A stretch of 64,000 nt of DNA from an uncultured bacterium (GCA_943787795.1 CALSNU010000003.1:64001-128000), one strand, 5' to 3'. Positions 39,188-49,490 are shown, counted from the stretch's first letter. Notes: generated by a model from the letters alone, not told the origin. Program-made: numbers and translations.

Positions 39188-39799
39188 GTGCCCGTGGCCG
39201 ACGATTTCTACAGCTTCGATGAAGCCCTCGACGAACTGAAGCTCAAGGAAGAAGAGCTCAAGCGACTTGTGTCGGAGGGCGAGCTCCGCGCCTTCCGGAA
39301 GGGAGACACCATGAAGATCCGCCGCGCGGACGTGGAACTCCTTCGCTCCGAGCTGGACTCCGACGTCGCGGATCTCGACGAGACCGTGGAGGAGCTCGTC
39401 TTCGAGGACGATTCCGACCTCGACGCGGACGCCGGAATGGCCACGCAGGAGCTCGACGTCGAGACCCTTGTGGACGATCCCGAGCCCATCGAGTCGGCGC
39501 CGACCTCGCGGAGCAGCTCTTCTGCACGGCCGGTCAAGCGCACCGCAGCGGCAGCGTCCATGGAGGACGATGAGGATCTGGAGCCGGCCTGGTTGACGGG
39601 CATGCTCATGATCTCTTCCCTGATGCTGTTGCTCGCCGCTCCGATTCTGCTCTCGCTCTCGACCGGCAACGCAGGTGGCCTCGCCAAGGGCGTCGCCGGC
39701 ATGTTCGGGGCCGAGTTCGATCAAGCGAACATGGCTCCGGCCGCGACCGCGGACGCTGACGCGACGGACGCTGACGCTGACGCCTCGGACGCCGAGTAA
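39188..39799 (+). CDS. Excisionase/MerR-like HTH protein with acidic linker and C-terminal TM helix
   Basis: TAAGGA RBS before GTG; FYSFDEA...L......L.RLVS.GELRAFR.G..MK.R..DV; Asp/Glu-rich linker; one TM helix. Confidence 0.8.
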   Translation: MPVADDFYSFDEALDELKLKEEELKRLVSEGELRAFRKGDTMKIRRADVELLRSELDSDVADLDETVEELVFEDDSDLDADAGMATQELDVETLVDDPEPIESAPTSRSSSSARPVKRTAAAASMEDDEDLEPAWLTGMLMISSLMLLLAAPILLSLSTGNAGGLAKGVAGMFGAEFDQANMAPAATADADATDADADASDAE

Positions 39800-39843
39800 T
39801 CGCCCCCCGGCCCGGCGATCCCGCTGGGCCGCTGTTCCGGCAC

Positions 39844-39886
39844 ATGACCCCGTCCAGACGCGCCTCACGCGTCCGGACGGGGTCAT
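39844..39886. terminator. 19-bp stem hairpin between convergent genes
   Basis: ATGACCCCGTCCAGACGCG-CCTCA-CGCGTCCGGACGGGGTCAT, one mismatch. Confidence 0.6.
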
Positions 39887-39890
39887 TCCG

Positions 39891-40013
39891 TGGGCTCCGC
39901 GTTATGGGCTCCGCGTGATGGGCTCCGCGTGATGGGCTCCGCGCGGTGGGCTCCGCGCGATGGACCCCCTTCCCCCGACGAGGCGCCCGACGAGGGGCGC
40001 CCGACGAGGGGCG
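39891..40013. repeat. Two adjacent tandem repeats (14-bp x5; 12-14-bp x3)
   Basis: TGGGCTCCGCGTGA-like units 39891-39960; CCCGACGAGG(GG)CG units 39974-40013. Confidence 0.88.
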
Positions 40014-40028
40014 ATCAGCCGTCTGCCA

Positions 40029-40436
40029 TCAGCGCCAGGGCTCAGCCCTGGCGGCCAGGTCACGGAGATGGACCAGCCGGGGACGAGGCTCGCCGGGATC
40101 CACCTGGACCTCGATCAGGTCAACCCGGCTGAGGCCCCGTGCGCCCCTCTGGTCTCGGGCGAGGCGGCGGGCCGCACGCTGCCGTCGCTTCAGGGCTTCC
40201 GACCTGAAGCGATGCCGAGGCATGCGTGCGGGGGACCATCCCTGTGGGGGGCGCCTGCCGGTCTTGACCTCGACGACGACCGTGACTTCGCCGTCCGTCC
40301 CGACCAGATCCAACTCGCCCTCAGGAGCTCGCAGGTTGCGATGTCTGATTCGCCACCCGAGGTCGAGGAGGGCCCGTCCGGCCAGCTCCTCGCCGATCCG
40401 GCCGAGGTGTGCGGTGCCGAGTGAGCCTCGGGTCAT
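40029..40436 (-). CDS. YraN family protein
   Basis: LG..GEELA...L...G..I..RN.R...GELDLV.......V.VEVKT (PD-(D/E)xK). Confidence 0.85.
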   Translation of the reverse strand: MTRGSLGTAHLGRIGEELAGRALLDLGWRIRHRNLRAPEGELDLVGTDGEVTVVVEVKTGRRPPQGWSPARMPRHRFRSEALKRRQRAARRLARDQRGARGLSRVDLIEVQVDPGEPRPRLVHLRDLAARAEPWR

Positions 40437-40603
40437 GGCGGCCCGCTCCAGCCAACGCCGCGGCGCGACGCGGAGCCAGGCGGCCCAGATGGCTTCGGAG
40501 GCACGTCCCCGCCGGTCTCCGAGCCGACGAGTCCAGGAGGCGGGAGGCCTGCGCGACGCGGTGGTCGGATGGTCGCGTGTGGCCCCGCCAGGGCGAAGGC
40601 CGC

Positions 40604-40987
40604 TCAGTCGAGGGTCTCGTTGACCGCGGCGCGGCTGTAGGTGAAGCGGGAGCCCCCGGCCGAGAGATCGATCTCGTGCTCTCGGACGGCGACCACCTCG
40701 GCGTGGAGCCCGCTGGTGGTCACGACCTTGTCGCCCTTCTTGATGGCATCCAGCATGGCCTGACGCTTCTTGCGGGCCTTCTTCTCCGGGGCAAAGAGGA
40801 CGAAGTAGAGGACAGCACCCATGGCCAGGAAGGGGAGCATCCCGCCGAAGAGCGAGGGCGCCTCGGCGTCCATGTCCCCGCCGTCAGGGCTCGGCGGCCC
40901 GATCACGGAGGTCTCTTCGGTGGAGGGCTGGCTCTCCTGGAAGAAGGTGAACGGGACGGGGCTGTTGGGGGCGGAGGGCGCAGTCAT
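40604..40987 (-). CDS. yajC: Preprotein translocase subunit YajC
   Basis: TM then YF..F.P.KK..K....ML..IKKGDKVVT.SG....V; start uncertain. Confidence 0.9.
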   Translation of the reverse strand: MTAPSAPNSPVPFTFFQESQPSTEETSVIGPPSPDGGDMDAEAPSLFGGMLPFLAMGAVLYFVLFAPEKKARKKRQAMLDAIKKGDKVVTTSGLHAEVVAVREHEIDLSAGGSRFTYSRAAVNETLD

Positions 40988-41345
40988 GGGTGAAGGCTGA
41001 TTCGTCAGTGAGGTCTGCCCCCCTGGGAAGCCCCAGGGGGCGGACCAGAGGGTGGAGCGAGGGGTGGACCAGAGAGAGGGCCAGGGTGAGTGGCAGAGTG
41101 AGCGGCAGTGGGCGGCCGAAGGGGAGGCCGATGATCGGGGCCAGGGGCCAGGCAGCGCGGCTGCCGGATGGAGATCCAGCGGGATCAGGTAGTGCCCCAC
41201 CGGGCCCGGCCCAGATTGTGGTGCGCCGTGGTGGCGGTGGCAGAGCGCGAAAGTGGATCTCTGAGCGGCGCAGGAGAGATCCGGGGGGCTGGAGCCTAAT
41301 AGGATGGGGGCCCCCGCCGAAAGGGCGGCGCCCCCAGCCCTCGCC

Positions 41346-42509
41346 ATGCAAACACAGTTCAACTCCTCTGACAGGCTTGTCGTCGCCATGAGCGGCGGCG
41401 TGGACAGTTCGGCCGTGGCCTGGATGCTGCGGGAGGCGGGTCACGATCTGGTGGGCCTGTTCATGCGCAACGGCGTCAACATCAAGGAATCTGAGGTCTC
41501 CAAGAAGTCCTGCTGCTCCCTGGGGGACGCACGGGACGCGCGCATGGTGGCGGCCAGGCTGGACGTGCCCTTCCAGGCCATGGACCTGAAGGAGGAGTTC
41601 GGGGAGGTGATCGACTACTTCGTCTCCGAGTACGGCCGAGGGCGTACGCCGAACCCCTGCGCGGTGTGCAACCGCGACCTGAAGATGGGGAAGCTCATGG
41701 ACTTCGCCGACGAGCTCGGCTGTGCCGGGGTGGCGACCGGGCACTACGCCCGCGTCTCGGTGGAGGATGGTCGTGTCCGACTGCGGCGTGGCGTCGATCG
41801 GGCGAAGGACCAGTCCTATCAGCTGTTCCCCGTCGCCGAGGCGAACCTCATGCGCACGGCGACGCCCCTCGGCGACCTCGAGAAGCCGGAGGTGCGGGAG
41901 CTCGCGCGGTCGGCTGGCCTCAGGACGTTCGCGAAGAAGGACAGCCAAGAGATCTGCTTCGTCCCCTCCAACGATTACCGGCTGCTCCTCGAGCAGCGGG
42001 GCGTGGAGCTGCACCCGGGGCGAATTGTTGATGTCTTCGGCAAGGACCATGGGCCGCACACGGGCACCGAGAACTTCACGATCGGCCAGCGCCGCGGCCA
42101 CGGGGTGGCGGTCGGGGTTCCGATGTACGTGGTCGAGATCCACCCAGAAGAGGGGCTCGTGGTCATCGGCACAGAGGCCGAGTGCAAGGCGCCGACCATG
42201 GTCGTGGAGGACCTGAACTGGCTCGGCTTCGAGGTGCCGTCGAGCGGCACGTTCCGGTGCGCGGTGCAGGTCCGTTATCGCCACCGAGCAGCGCCTGCGA
42301 CGGTTCAGGTGGAGCCGGACGGGGCGTCGGCTCGGGTGGAGTTCGATGAGCCTCAGATGGCCGTGGCGCCAGGGCAGGGCGCAGCGTTCTACGAGCTGGA
42401 GGCGGACGGGACCGGCGGGGACCTCTCTCTTGGTGGAGGCTGGATCCGGACGGCCCGGCGGGGTGGGCTGGAGGCGGCCGAGGAGGCCGGCACGCCCGCG
42501 ACGCCGTGA
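41346..42509 (+). CDS. mnmA: tRNA 2-thiouridine(34) synthase MnmA
   Basis: AMSGGVDS, GRTPNPC..CN, ATGHYAR, KDQSY.L, DSQEICF, FTIGQR.G, AVAPGQ. Confidence 0.97.
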   Translation: MQTQFNSSDRLVVAMSGGVDSSAVAWMLREAGHDLVGLFMRNGVNIKESEVSKKSCCSLGDARDARMVAARLDVPFQAMDLKEEFGEVIDYFVSEYGRGRTPNPCAVCNRDLKMGKLMDFADELGCAGVATGHYARVSVEDGRVRLRRGVDRAKDQSYQLFPVAEANLMRTATPLGDLEKPEVRELARSAGLRTFAKKDSQEICFVPSNDYRLLLEQRGVELHPGRIVDVFGKDHGPHTGTENFTIGQRRGHGVAVGVPMYVVEIHPEEGLVVIGTEAECKAPTMVVEDLNWLGFEVPSSGTFRCAVQVRYRHRAAPATVQVEPDGASARVEFDEPQMAVAPGQGAAFYELEADGTGGDLSLGGGWIRTARRGGLEAAEEAGTPATP

Positions 42510-45412
42510 CCGCCTTCACGGCTCGGCACGGGAGCCCCACCGCGGCGGGGTCAAGGGCGCCTGGGGCGGACCTCCTGACGCTCGGCGTGGCCCTCGCGGT
42601 GCTCGCTGCGCTCTCTTCGCTGCTCGGGAGCTCCGGGCAGCCGGCCGGAGACCCGGGCGACGCGGCGATCCGGGCGCTGCTCCTTGACCGCTCCGCGAGC
42701 GCGACGAGGGGGCGACCGGGCTGGCAGCGCTGGGCGATCCAGCGGCTGGCGGCCGAGGCCCGCGGGGCCGCGGAGAACGGCGAGGACATCGTCCTCGTGG
42801 CCTTCGACCGAGGCGTCGAGCGCCGCTTCGGGCCCGCGAGCGCCGACGAGTTCATGGGGTGGCTGCGCCGCGGCGATGCGGCGGGGGGGCTGAGGTCGTC
42901 GACCGCCGGCGACCTGGGAACGGACCTGGTGGGGGCCTCCGAGGTCGCGCTCGAGGTCATCGGTGGCGGCGACCGCCCCCCTGGCGAGGTCGTGATCCTC
43001 GGGGATGGGAGGGCCGCAGCAGGGCAGCTCCCCGAGGCGCTCCTGGACCCCATGGTCCGGGCCGTCCGGCTCGTCGAGCCCCCTGCCGCCCTGCTCCCCG
43101 ACGTCGGCGTCCGAGCCCTGCATCTGCCTGACCCCGCCGAGCCTGGCGCGCGGATTCCGGTGCGCCTGGACCTCTTTGTGGACGGCGCCCTACCCGCCGG
43201 TGGCGACGAGCCGGCGCTGATCGTCGAGTGGGAGCTTCGCTTCAGGAGCTCCACGAAGATGGAGGCCTCGCGCACGATCCGGGGGCGCGAGGAGGCCGCG
43301 GTGCCCGCCACCGCTCGGGCCGCCGCGGGCCTGCGTTCGCTCTCCGTGAACGTGGAGCTGCCCCCTCTCTCCACCGGGGTCGGGGAGCTCGGGGTGGCCG
43401 TGAGGCTCTCCGCCTTGCCCCCCGAGGTCCCCGACCTCTTCCCGGAGAACGATCGTGCGGCCGGGCTCCTCGAGGTCGGGGCTCCGGTTCGGGTGCTCGT
43501 CGTCCAACCGGGAGGGGCCGAGGCCGCGGGCGGGACTGGCCGCCTCGGGTCGCGACGGGGAGGGCTCCAGGGGGAGGCCTTCGACGGCATCGACTTCGAC
43601 TTCATCGGGCCCGGAGACCTGCGGCCTCGGTTGCTCGGTGATGACCCGCCGGACGTGGTCGTCACCCTCGACGTGCCCCTTGCTGGCCTGCCCGGCGCCG
43701 CGCTCTCGCGGTTCGTCCTCGCTGGGGGAGGGTGGCTGCGGTGCGCCGGTTGGACAGCGCTTCGAGAGGATGGGCCCGAGCTCGAGCCGCTCCTCGCCCT
43801 CGTCCCTGACCGCGAACCTCGTCAGCCCATGGACGTTGTCTTCCTGGTGGACGGCTCGGGCAGCATGGGCGGGCAGCGGTGGGAGCGGGTGAGGGATGCG
43901 CTGGGCGCGGTGGTGCCGACCACCGCGGCGCGCGATCGGATGGAGCTCCGCTTCTTCACCCAGGTCGTCACGCAGCCCAAGCTCGTGTTCGAGGCCTCGG
44001 CAGATCGCGGTCCGGAGCGTGCCTTGGAGCGGCGGGAGGCCGTGGAGGGGCTGGTGCGTGCGCGGGTGCCAGGGGGGTCGACCGACATCCTCTACTCCCT
44101 GGACGGGCTCGCCGCGGCACGGGAGCGAGGCCTGTTGGCGAGCTCATCTGGGGGCCCGGCTGGGGACCCGGCTGGGGACCCGGCTGGGGAACGGGCTCAG
44201 GGCATGATCGTCCTCATCACCGACGGCCTGACCGACTCGGTCTGGAGTCTGCGGCGTCAGGTCCGGGACCGAATCGCCGCGGCTGGCGACCGCCTGGTGA
44301 TCGTCCAGGTCGGAGAGGATCCGGACGGAGTCGAGTTCCTCGCCGGCCTGCTCATGGACGGCGAAGCGGTGCTGGAGGCGGGGGAGCTGGAGGGACTCGA
44401 GGACCTGCTCCACCAGGAGCTGCAGGACGTTCGGCTCGTGGAGGGGGCGACGGTGGTGGCCGCGCCGGCGCTTCCGGGGGCAGCCTGGCTGGCGGAGCTG
44501 AGGGGGCCCGTGCTCGACGCCGCAGCCCTCGAGCGCAGCCTCGTTCTCGGCCAGGTGCTCCGATCTAGGCCAGCCGAGGGCGCGACGGCGCTGCTGGACG
44601 TGGCGGTCTCGCCGGCGGCTCCGGTGGCTGGCGGTGGGCCAGGGCGAGGGACGCTGATCGCCCTCGCCGAGCGCGGGCAGGGGACCGTGGCCGGGCTCGC
44701 TGTGCCCGCGCTCGGGTCCGGGCCGGAAGCGTGGAGCCCGGCGCTGCGCTCTCGGATCGGCTGGCTGGCTCCGGTGCTACGCGCCATGGCGCGGCGCCAT
44801 TCGGAGGCCGCCCGCCGGGCTCCCGCAAGTGAGGCTGGGCCGGGGGGACGCCCGCGCGGGAGCCTCACAGCCGGCGGGGAGGTCCTCGTGCGGGGCCTCC
44901 CCAACGGGCTCCCGGCGAGCTTTCTTGCCGCCATCACCGGGGCCCCGACCGTGGACCTGTTCGGAGAGCTGGGCGCCCGCAAGCGGCTCGCGAGCGTGAG
45001 GCTCACCGTGCCAGAGGTGGAGTCCGCTCCAGACAGGGTTCGCCGCGGCCTCCGGCCTTCCGCTCTGGACGCCGTGCCGCGCGGGACGCCGCTGCTGATC
45101 GAGCTCCCGCCCCCAGCTGTGGCGGTGCCCCTCCGGGCTGACGGCCCCGCCGAGGCCTTTCCGCCGCCGGGTGGGGCGGCGCCCTCCCTGCGGCACGGTC
45201 TCGGCCGAAGCGGGGGGGCGGCAGGCCCCGCGAGCCCCCCGTCCGATACGGATCGGGGCTGGCCCCACCCCCTGACGCCCTGGCTCCTCTGGGCGGCCAT
45301 CGGGAGCCTGTTCCTCGGCGCCCTCGGGGGGCGGCCGGGGCTCGCTGCGCTGGTGGGGGGAAGGAACCAGCATTCTCCTGGGGGACAGGGCTCAAGGAGT
45401 GGCCTCGAGTAG
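42506..45412 (+). CDS. Membrane protein with VWA domains
   Basis: LLLDRSAS and VVFLVDGSGSM MIDAS-type motifs, GSTD, IVLITDG; N- and C-terminal TM segments; D.FPEND motif. Confidence 0.8.
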   Translation: MTAFTARHGSPTAAGSRAPGADLLTLGVALAVLAALSSLLGSSGQPAGDPGDAAIRALLLDRSASATRGRPGWQRWAIQRLAAEARGAAENGEDIVLVAFDRGVERRFGPASADEFMGWLRRGDAAGGLRSSTAGDLGTDLVGASEVALEVIGGGDRPPGEVVILGDGRAAAGQLPEALLDPMVRAVRLVEPPAALLPDVGVRALHLPDPAEPGARIPVRLDLFVDGALPAGGDEPALIVEWELRFRSSTKMEASRTIRGREEAAVPATARAAAGLRSLSVNVELPPLSTGVGELGVAVRLSALPPEVPDLFPENDRAAGLLEVGAPVRVLVVQPGGAEAAGGTGRLGSRRGGLQGEAFDGIDFDFIGPGDLRPRLLGDDPPDVVVTLDVPLAGLPGAALSRFVLAGGGWLRCAGWTALREDGPELEPLLALVPDREPRQPMDVVFLVDGSGSMGGQRWERVRDALGAVVPTTAARDRMELRFFTQVVTQPKLVFEASADRGPERALERREAVEGLVRARVPGGSTDILYSLDGLAAARERGLLASSSGGPAGDPAGDPAGERAQGMIVLITDGLTDSVWSLRRQVRDRIAAAGDRLVIVQVGEDPDGVEFLAGLLMDGEAVLEAGELEGLEDLLHQELQDVRLVEGATVVAAPALPGAAWLAELRGPVLDAAALERSLVLGQVLRSRPAEGATALLDVAVSPAAPVAGGGPGRGTLIALAERGQGTVAGLAVPALGSGPEAWSPALRSRIGWLAPVLRAMARRHSEAARRAPASEAGPGGRPRGSLTAGGEVLVRGLPNGLPASFLAAITGAPTVDLFGELGARKRLASVRLTVPEVESAPDRVRRGLRPSALDAVPRGTPLLIELPPPAVAVPLRADGPAEAFPPPGGAAPSLRHGLGRSGGAAGPASPPSDTDRGWPHPLTPWLLWAAIGSLFLGALGGRPGLAALVGGRNQHSPGGQGSRSGLE

Positions 45413-45488
45413 CCGAATGGCACCTTGGTGCCCCGCGATGGGGCGCCCTAGCCGACTCGCCTCTCGAGACCCTGACGCGCAACCCAAC

Positions 45489-46112
45489 ATGCCGCTCACC
45501 ACGACTCGCCGCCTGCTCTCTGTCTCCCTGCTCACCCTCGGCGCCCTCGCCTCCTGCGCGACCAACGCCTCGACGAGCGCGAGCCTCTCGGATTCCCAGT
45601 GGCTCGAGGCCTCACCCGAGCTGCAGCGGAAGATCGATCAGAAGGAGGCGGAGGTCCTCGTGTGTCCGGACCAGTTCACCTGGATTGGCCTCTCGGACTG
45701 GTTCCAGTCGGTGGGGGAGCCCACCTACCCGAACCTCCTCGAGATGGTTCAGTACGGCAACACCCGCCAGCGCAGCTTCTCGCTCTGTGTGATCGCCGCG
45801 ATGCAGGACCGTCGCCTCCTGGAGCCCGTGCGAGAGGTCATGCCCGCAGAGGCGCTCGCGTCGGAGGGCATCCGCAGGGAGTACGCGCGCGCCCTGGCCA
45901 AGATGGGCGACTTCTCGGAGCTCCCCGTCCTGATCGAGGCGCTCCGAGACAGCAGTCCGGAGCAGTTCGGCCGAGCGGCCCGAGCCCTCGAGACCGTGAC
46001 GAACTCGGACATTCCCGTCAGCGCCAGCACCTCGCCTGAGAAGCGCGAGGAGATCGTCGAGGCCTGGCTTGAGTGGTGGAACAACCAGCAGCGCGACGCG
46101 CTGCTGCGTTAG
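45489..46112 (+). CDS. HEAT-repeat lipoprotein
   Basis: LGALASC lipobox; ALAKMGD...LPVLIEALRD......AA.AL..VT; W.EWW end. Confidence 0.8.
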   Translation: MPLTTTRRLLSVSLLTLGALASCATNASTSASLSDSQWLEASPELQRKIDQKEAEVLVCPDQFTWIGLSDWFQSVGEPTYPNLLEMVQYGNTRQRSFSLCVIAAMQDRRLLEPVREVMPAEALASEGIRREYARALAKMGDFSELPVLIEALRDSSPEQFGRAARALETVTNSDIPVSASTSPEKREEIVEAWLEWWNNQQRDALLR

Positions 46113-46123
46113 AGGGGCGCGCG

Positions 46124-46519
46124 TCAGCGGAGCTCGTCGAGGAGCGCGAGGAAGCCGGGGTGGTCGCGCAGGGCCTTCAGGTCTTCATCCTCGGACATGA
46201 ACTCGATGTCGTCGTAGCCCAGCACCACTGCAGTGCGCAGGGAGTCCACCGCGGCCGTTGTGCGTCCGCAGAGCGCCTGACTGCAGGCCAGGTTGTAGCG
46301 AGCCGTGGGGTCCTCCGGGGCGATGTCCACGATCCGGAGGTCAACCTTCAGGCCATCCTCATAGCGGCCTAGCCTCGTATACACGTGCCCAAGCTCGGAC
46401 AAGGCGTCGATGTTGTCCGGGCGCCGCCGGACAGCTTCCGAGTAGATGGAGGCGAGGAACTCCGACCCGATCTGGTCCAACTTGGTCGCGCAGGAGTTTG
46501 TGAGGGCCAGGCCGTCCAT
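46124..46519 (-). CDS. Small TPR protein
   Basis: P.N.DAL.ELG..Y..LGR...G......V...P.DP...YNLAC......A...L..A...GY......D.DL..LR..P.F. Confidence 0.85.
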   Translation of the reverse strand: MDGLALTNSCATKLDQIGSEFLASIYSEAVRRRPDNIDALSELGHVYTRLGRYEDGLKVDLRIVDIAPEDPTARYNLACSQALCGRTTAAVDSLRTAVVLGYDDIEFMSEDEDLKALRDHPGFLALLDELR

Positions 46520-46667
46520 TAGGAATCAGTCTATCGCAAGCGGCGAGAGGGGGGCTTTGGGCTGTCGTGGCGCCGGAGCACCAGGATCCAGGCGTGACCA
46601 GGTGGGGCCGCGCGGGTACAAGGACAGCGGTCCCCTTCCCCCGTCGACATTCGCCCCTGCCAAGTCC

Positions 46668-47903
46668 ATGGACATTCGATTCTGCGATCTGTGCCAAGAG
46701 TCCGTTCCTGAAGCCGACTTCAGGAGCGGCCGGGCCAGCGCTATCAAGGGGAGAGTGATCTGCTCCCAGTGCGAGAAGGCCATGGGCGGAGGAGCCGAAA
46801 CGGGACCGGGGAGCGGGGGCGACGCGTCGTCCCGGCCAGCCGGAGACGACGTCGCGAACTCGATGCGCCCTGCTCCCCGGCAGGCAGAGCCCAGGTCGTC
46901 CGGTGGTCCTCCTGCGGCAGCACAGGGGGCCGCAGGGTCCGCAGGTTCCGCGGGGGCCGTGGCGGCCCGCGGGGGCTTCCTGCTCGCCCTGGGGGCCGCG
47001 GCGGCCATCGGGTTCGGCGCTCCGATCCTGCTCGACCGGATCGAGTCTCTGGAGGCCAGGCTCAACGCCGCCGCCATCCAGATCGAGGCTGGTCGGCAGC
47101 AGAGCCGGGATGAGCGAGCCGCCGACGTCCAGCCGCTTCGGCTCGGCCTCGAAGCGCTCAACGCTCGCACGGACCAGAGCCTCGCTGAACAGCGTGCTGA
47201 GCTCGTGGCGGAGATCGGAGCGCTGGAGGCGGCGCTGCAGGCCACGGAGGCGCGCTCCCTGGATCGCGGCGACCGGCTGCGAGCGACCATGGACGCGTCG
47301 AGCGCCAGGTTGGATGAGCTGCGGGAAGGGCTCGCACGAGCCACGAAGCGCCAGGGGGAAGTGGATGAACTGAAGCGTGTGGCGGCGTTCCATGGGGACC
47401 TGCTCGTGGAGCTCCAGGAGCGGCAGCGAACGGCCACTGTCGTGGTGGAAGGAGGCGGGACGCGGCCTGCTGCGGGGAGCGCGCCCGCCGATCTTGTCGG
47501 CAGCAACGGCGGTCCGATGGCCTCATGGTCCCAGCACCTCGGGGATCTCGAGAGCCCTGACGCTGGCCTCCGTCTCGATGCGGTCTTCGCGCTCGGGCAG
47601 ACCCAGGACCCCGCTGTCGCCTCCCATGTGATTCCGATGCTCACGGATGAGGACGTGTTCGTCCGCATGGTGTCGGCGCAGGTACTCGGAGCACTGCGGG
47701 CAAAATCCGCGGTGCCGGCCCTCATCGACGCGCTCGAGGACGAGCGCTCGGCGGTCCGTGAGGCCGCCGTGGTCTCTCTGCGGAGCACCACCGGACAGCA
47801 ATTCGGGTTTGATCCGGCCGGGAAGGTCCAGGCCCGAGGACGGGCGGTGGGGGCGTGGCGCTCCTGGTGGGAGCGCGACCGTGACGAGTTCACCGGCTCC
47901 TGA
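46668..47903 (+). CDS. Zinc-finger / TM / coiled-coil / HEAT-repeat protein
   Basis: N-terminal FCDLC...ICSQC; one TM; long helical heptad-like region; C-terminal HEAT repeats ending W.SWW. Confidence 0.8.
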   Translation: MDIRFCDLCQESVPEADFRSGRASAIKGRVICSQCEKAMGGGAETGPGSGGDASSRPAGDDVANSMRPAPRQAEPRSSGGPPAAAQGAAGSAGSAGAVAARGGFLLALGAAAAIGFGAPILLDRIESLEARLNAAAIQIEAGRQQSRDERAADVQPLRLGLEALNARTDQSLAEQRAELVAEIGALEAALQATEARSLDRGDRLRATMDASSARLDELREGLARATKRQGEVDELKRVAAFHGDLLVELQERQRTATVVVEGGGTRPAAGSAPADLVGSNGGPMASWSQHLGDLESPDAGLRLDAVFALGQTQDPAVASHVIPMLTDEDVFVRMVSAQVLGALRAKSAVPALIDALEDERSAVREAAVVSLRSTTGQQFGFDPAGKVQARGRAVGAWRSWWERDRDEFTGS

Positions 47904-48048
47904 CCTCCGCCGGTCTCGCCCTCCCAAAGCTCCGCCGGAGTGGTGCTTCGGATTGAAGAATGGTTACCCTGCGCGGCCCGGTGCAGCCCTGAGCAGCCCT
48001 GCCTCTGACTCGCCGGCTCTCCACGCAGCCACCCCCCGCTTCACTCCC

Positions 48049-49398
48049 ATGGGAATCTTCAAGGCCTACGATATTCGCGGCGTCCACCCCACCGAACTCG
48101 ACGCCGACGTCGCCCGGAGGATCGGTCACGCGTTCGCTCGCCTCCTCGACGCCAAGCGCCTGCTCGTCGGCCGCGATATGAGGGTGCACTCGCCCGAGGT
48201 CTCCGAGGCGGTCATCGAGGGCATGCGGGATGCCGGGGCAGACGTGGTCTCCATCGGGCTCGCTTCGACACCGATGACCTACTTCGCCATCGGGTCCCAG
48301 GACGTGGACGGCGGCCTCTGCGTGACCGCGAGCCACAACACCGGCGAGTACAACGGCATGAAGCTCTGCTCGAGGGGAGCGCGACCGATCTCCCGGGCCA
48401 ACGGGATCGCGGACATCGAGCGCATGTGCGCCGAGCCGTACCCCGGGCCCGTCGCCGAGCGTGGGACGCTGGAGGAGCTCGATCTCGACGAGGCCTACGC
48501 TGCCCACGTGGCGTCCTTCTGCGACATGGAGGGGGACCTCTCCCTCGCCATCGACGCCGCCAACGGCATGGCCGGCCACACGCTCCCGAGGATCCTGCCC
48601 ATGCTCCCGCGGCTGACCACCAGCACGCTCTTCATGGAGCCGGATGGGAGCTTCCCCAACCATGAGGCCAACCCGCTCAAGGAGGAGAATCTGGACGACG
48701 TCCGGGCCCTGGTGGGCTCGAGCGGTGCAGCCGCAGGGGTGGGGTTTGACGGAGACGCCGACCGCTGCTGCTTCGTGGATGAGACCGGAGAGACGGTCAC
48801 CGCGGACCTCATGACCGCGCTGCTCGCGCGGGAGTTCCTCCGCAAGGAGCCTGGCGCGCACATCGTCTATGACCTGCGCTCCTCGTGGGTCGTCAAGGAG
48901 GAGATCCTGGCCGGCGGCGGCGTCGCCCACCGGGATCGCGTGGGGCACAGCTTCATCAAGGCGACCATGCGAGAGCACGGGGCGGTCTTCGGCGGCGAGC
49001 TCTCCGGTCACTTCTACTTCAGGGACAACTTCGTCTGTGACTCCGGCGCGTTGGCCATGGTGAGCGCCCTCAATCTCCTCACCCGAGAAGAGAACCAGGG
49101 GCGAGCGCTGTCCGAGCTGGTCAAGGACCTCCGCCGCTACCACTCCACCGGCGAGATCAACTTCGAGGTGGAGGACAAGGCGGCGGCCATCGCGAAGCTC
49201 AAGGAGCGCTACGCAGACGGCCGCCAGGACGAGCTCGACGGGATCACCGTGGAATACGGGGACCTCGATTCCGACGACTGGTGGTGGTTCAACGTGCGCA
49301 TGTCCAACACGGAGCCCCTCCTGCGACTGAACCTCGAGGCGAAGCGTGAGGCGACCCGAGATGCCCGCAGGGACGAGCTTGTGGCGCTCCTGAGCTGA
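48049..49398 (+). CDS. Phosphomannomutase/phosphoglucomutase
   Basis: IFKAYDIRG, TASHN...YNG.K, FDGDADR, GELSGHFYF, VR.SNTEP.LRLN.E. Confidence 0.96.
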   Translation: MGIFKAYDIRGVHPTELDADVARRIGHAFARLLDAKRLLVGRDMRVHSPEVSEAVIEGMRDAGADVVSIGLASTPMTYFAIGSQDVDGGLCVTASHNTGEYNGMKLCSRGARPISRANGIADIERMCAEPYPGPVAERGTLEELDLDEAYAAHVASFCDMEGDLSLAIDAANGMAGHTLPRILPMLPRLTTSTLFMEPDGSFPNHEANPLKEENLDDVRALVGSSGAAAGVGFDGDADRCCFVDETGETVTADLMTALLAREFLRKEPGAHIVYDLRSSWVVKEEILAGGGVAHRDRVGHSFIKATMREHGAVFGGELSGHFYFRDNFVCDSGALAMVSALNLLTREENQGRALSELVKDLRRYHSTGEINFEVEDKAAAIAKLKERYADGRQDELDGITVEYGDLDSDDWWWFNVRMSNTEPLLRLNLEAKREATRDARRDELVALLS

Positions 49399-49490
49399 CC
49401 CTCCACCGACGCAAGGGAATCGAGCTTCGATTCTGGGCCCGGCTGGCCGATAGTATTCCTCGCCGGGAGCCCCAGACCCGAAGATCATCG

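Noticed and set aside
39188..40436. Prophage or integrative element suggested by excisionase-like HTH and YraN nuclease fold
   Set aside because: No integrase, att repeats, tRNA or compositional shift; both genes sit among housekeeping genes.
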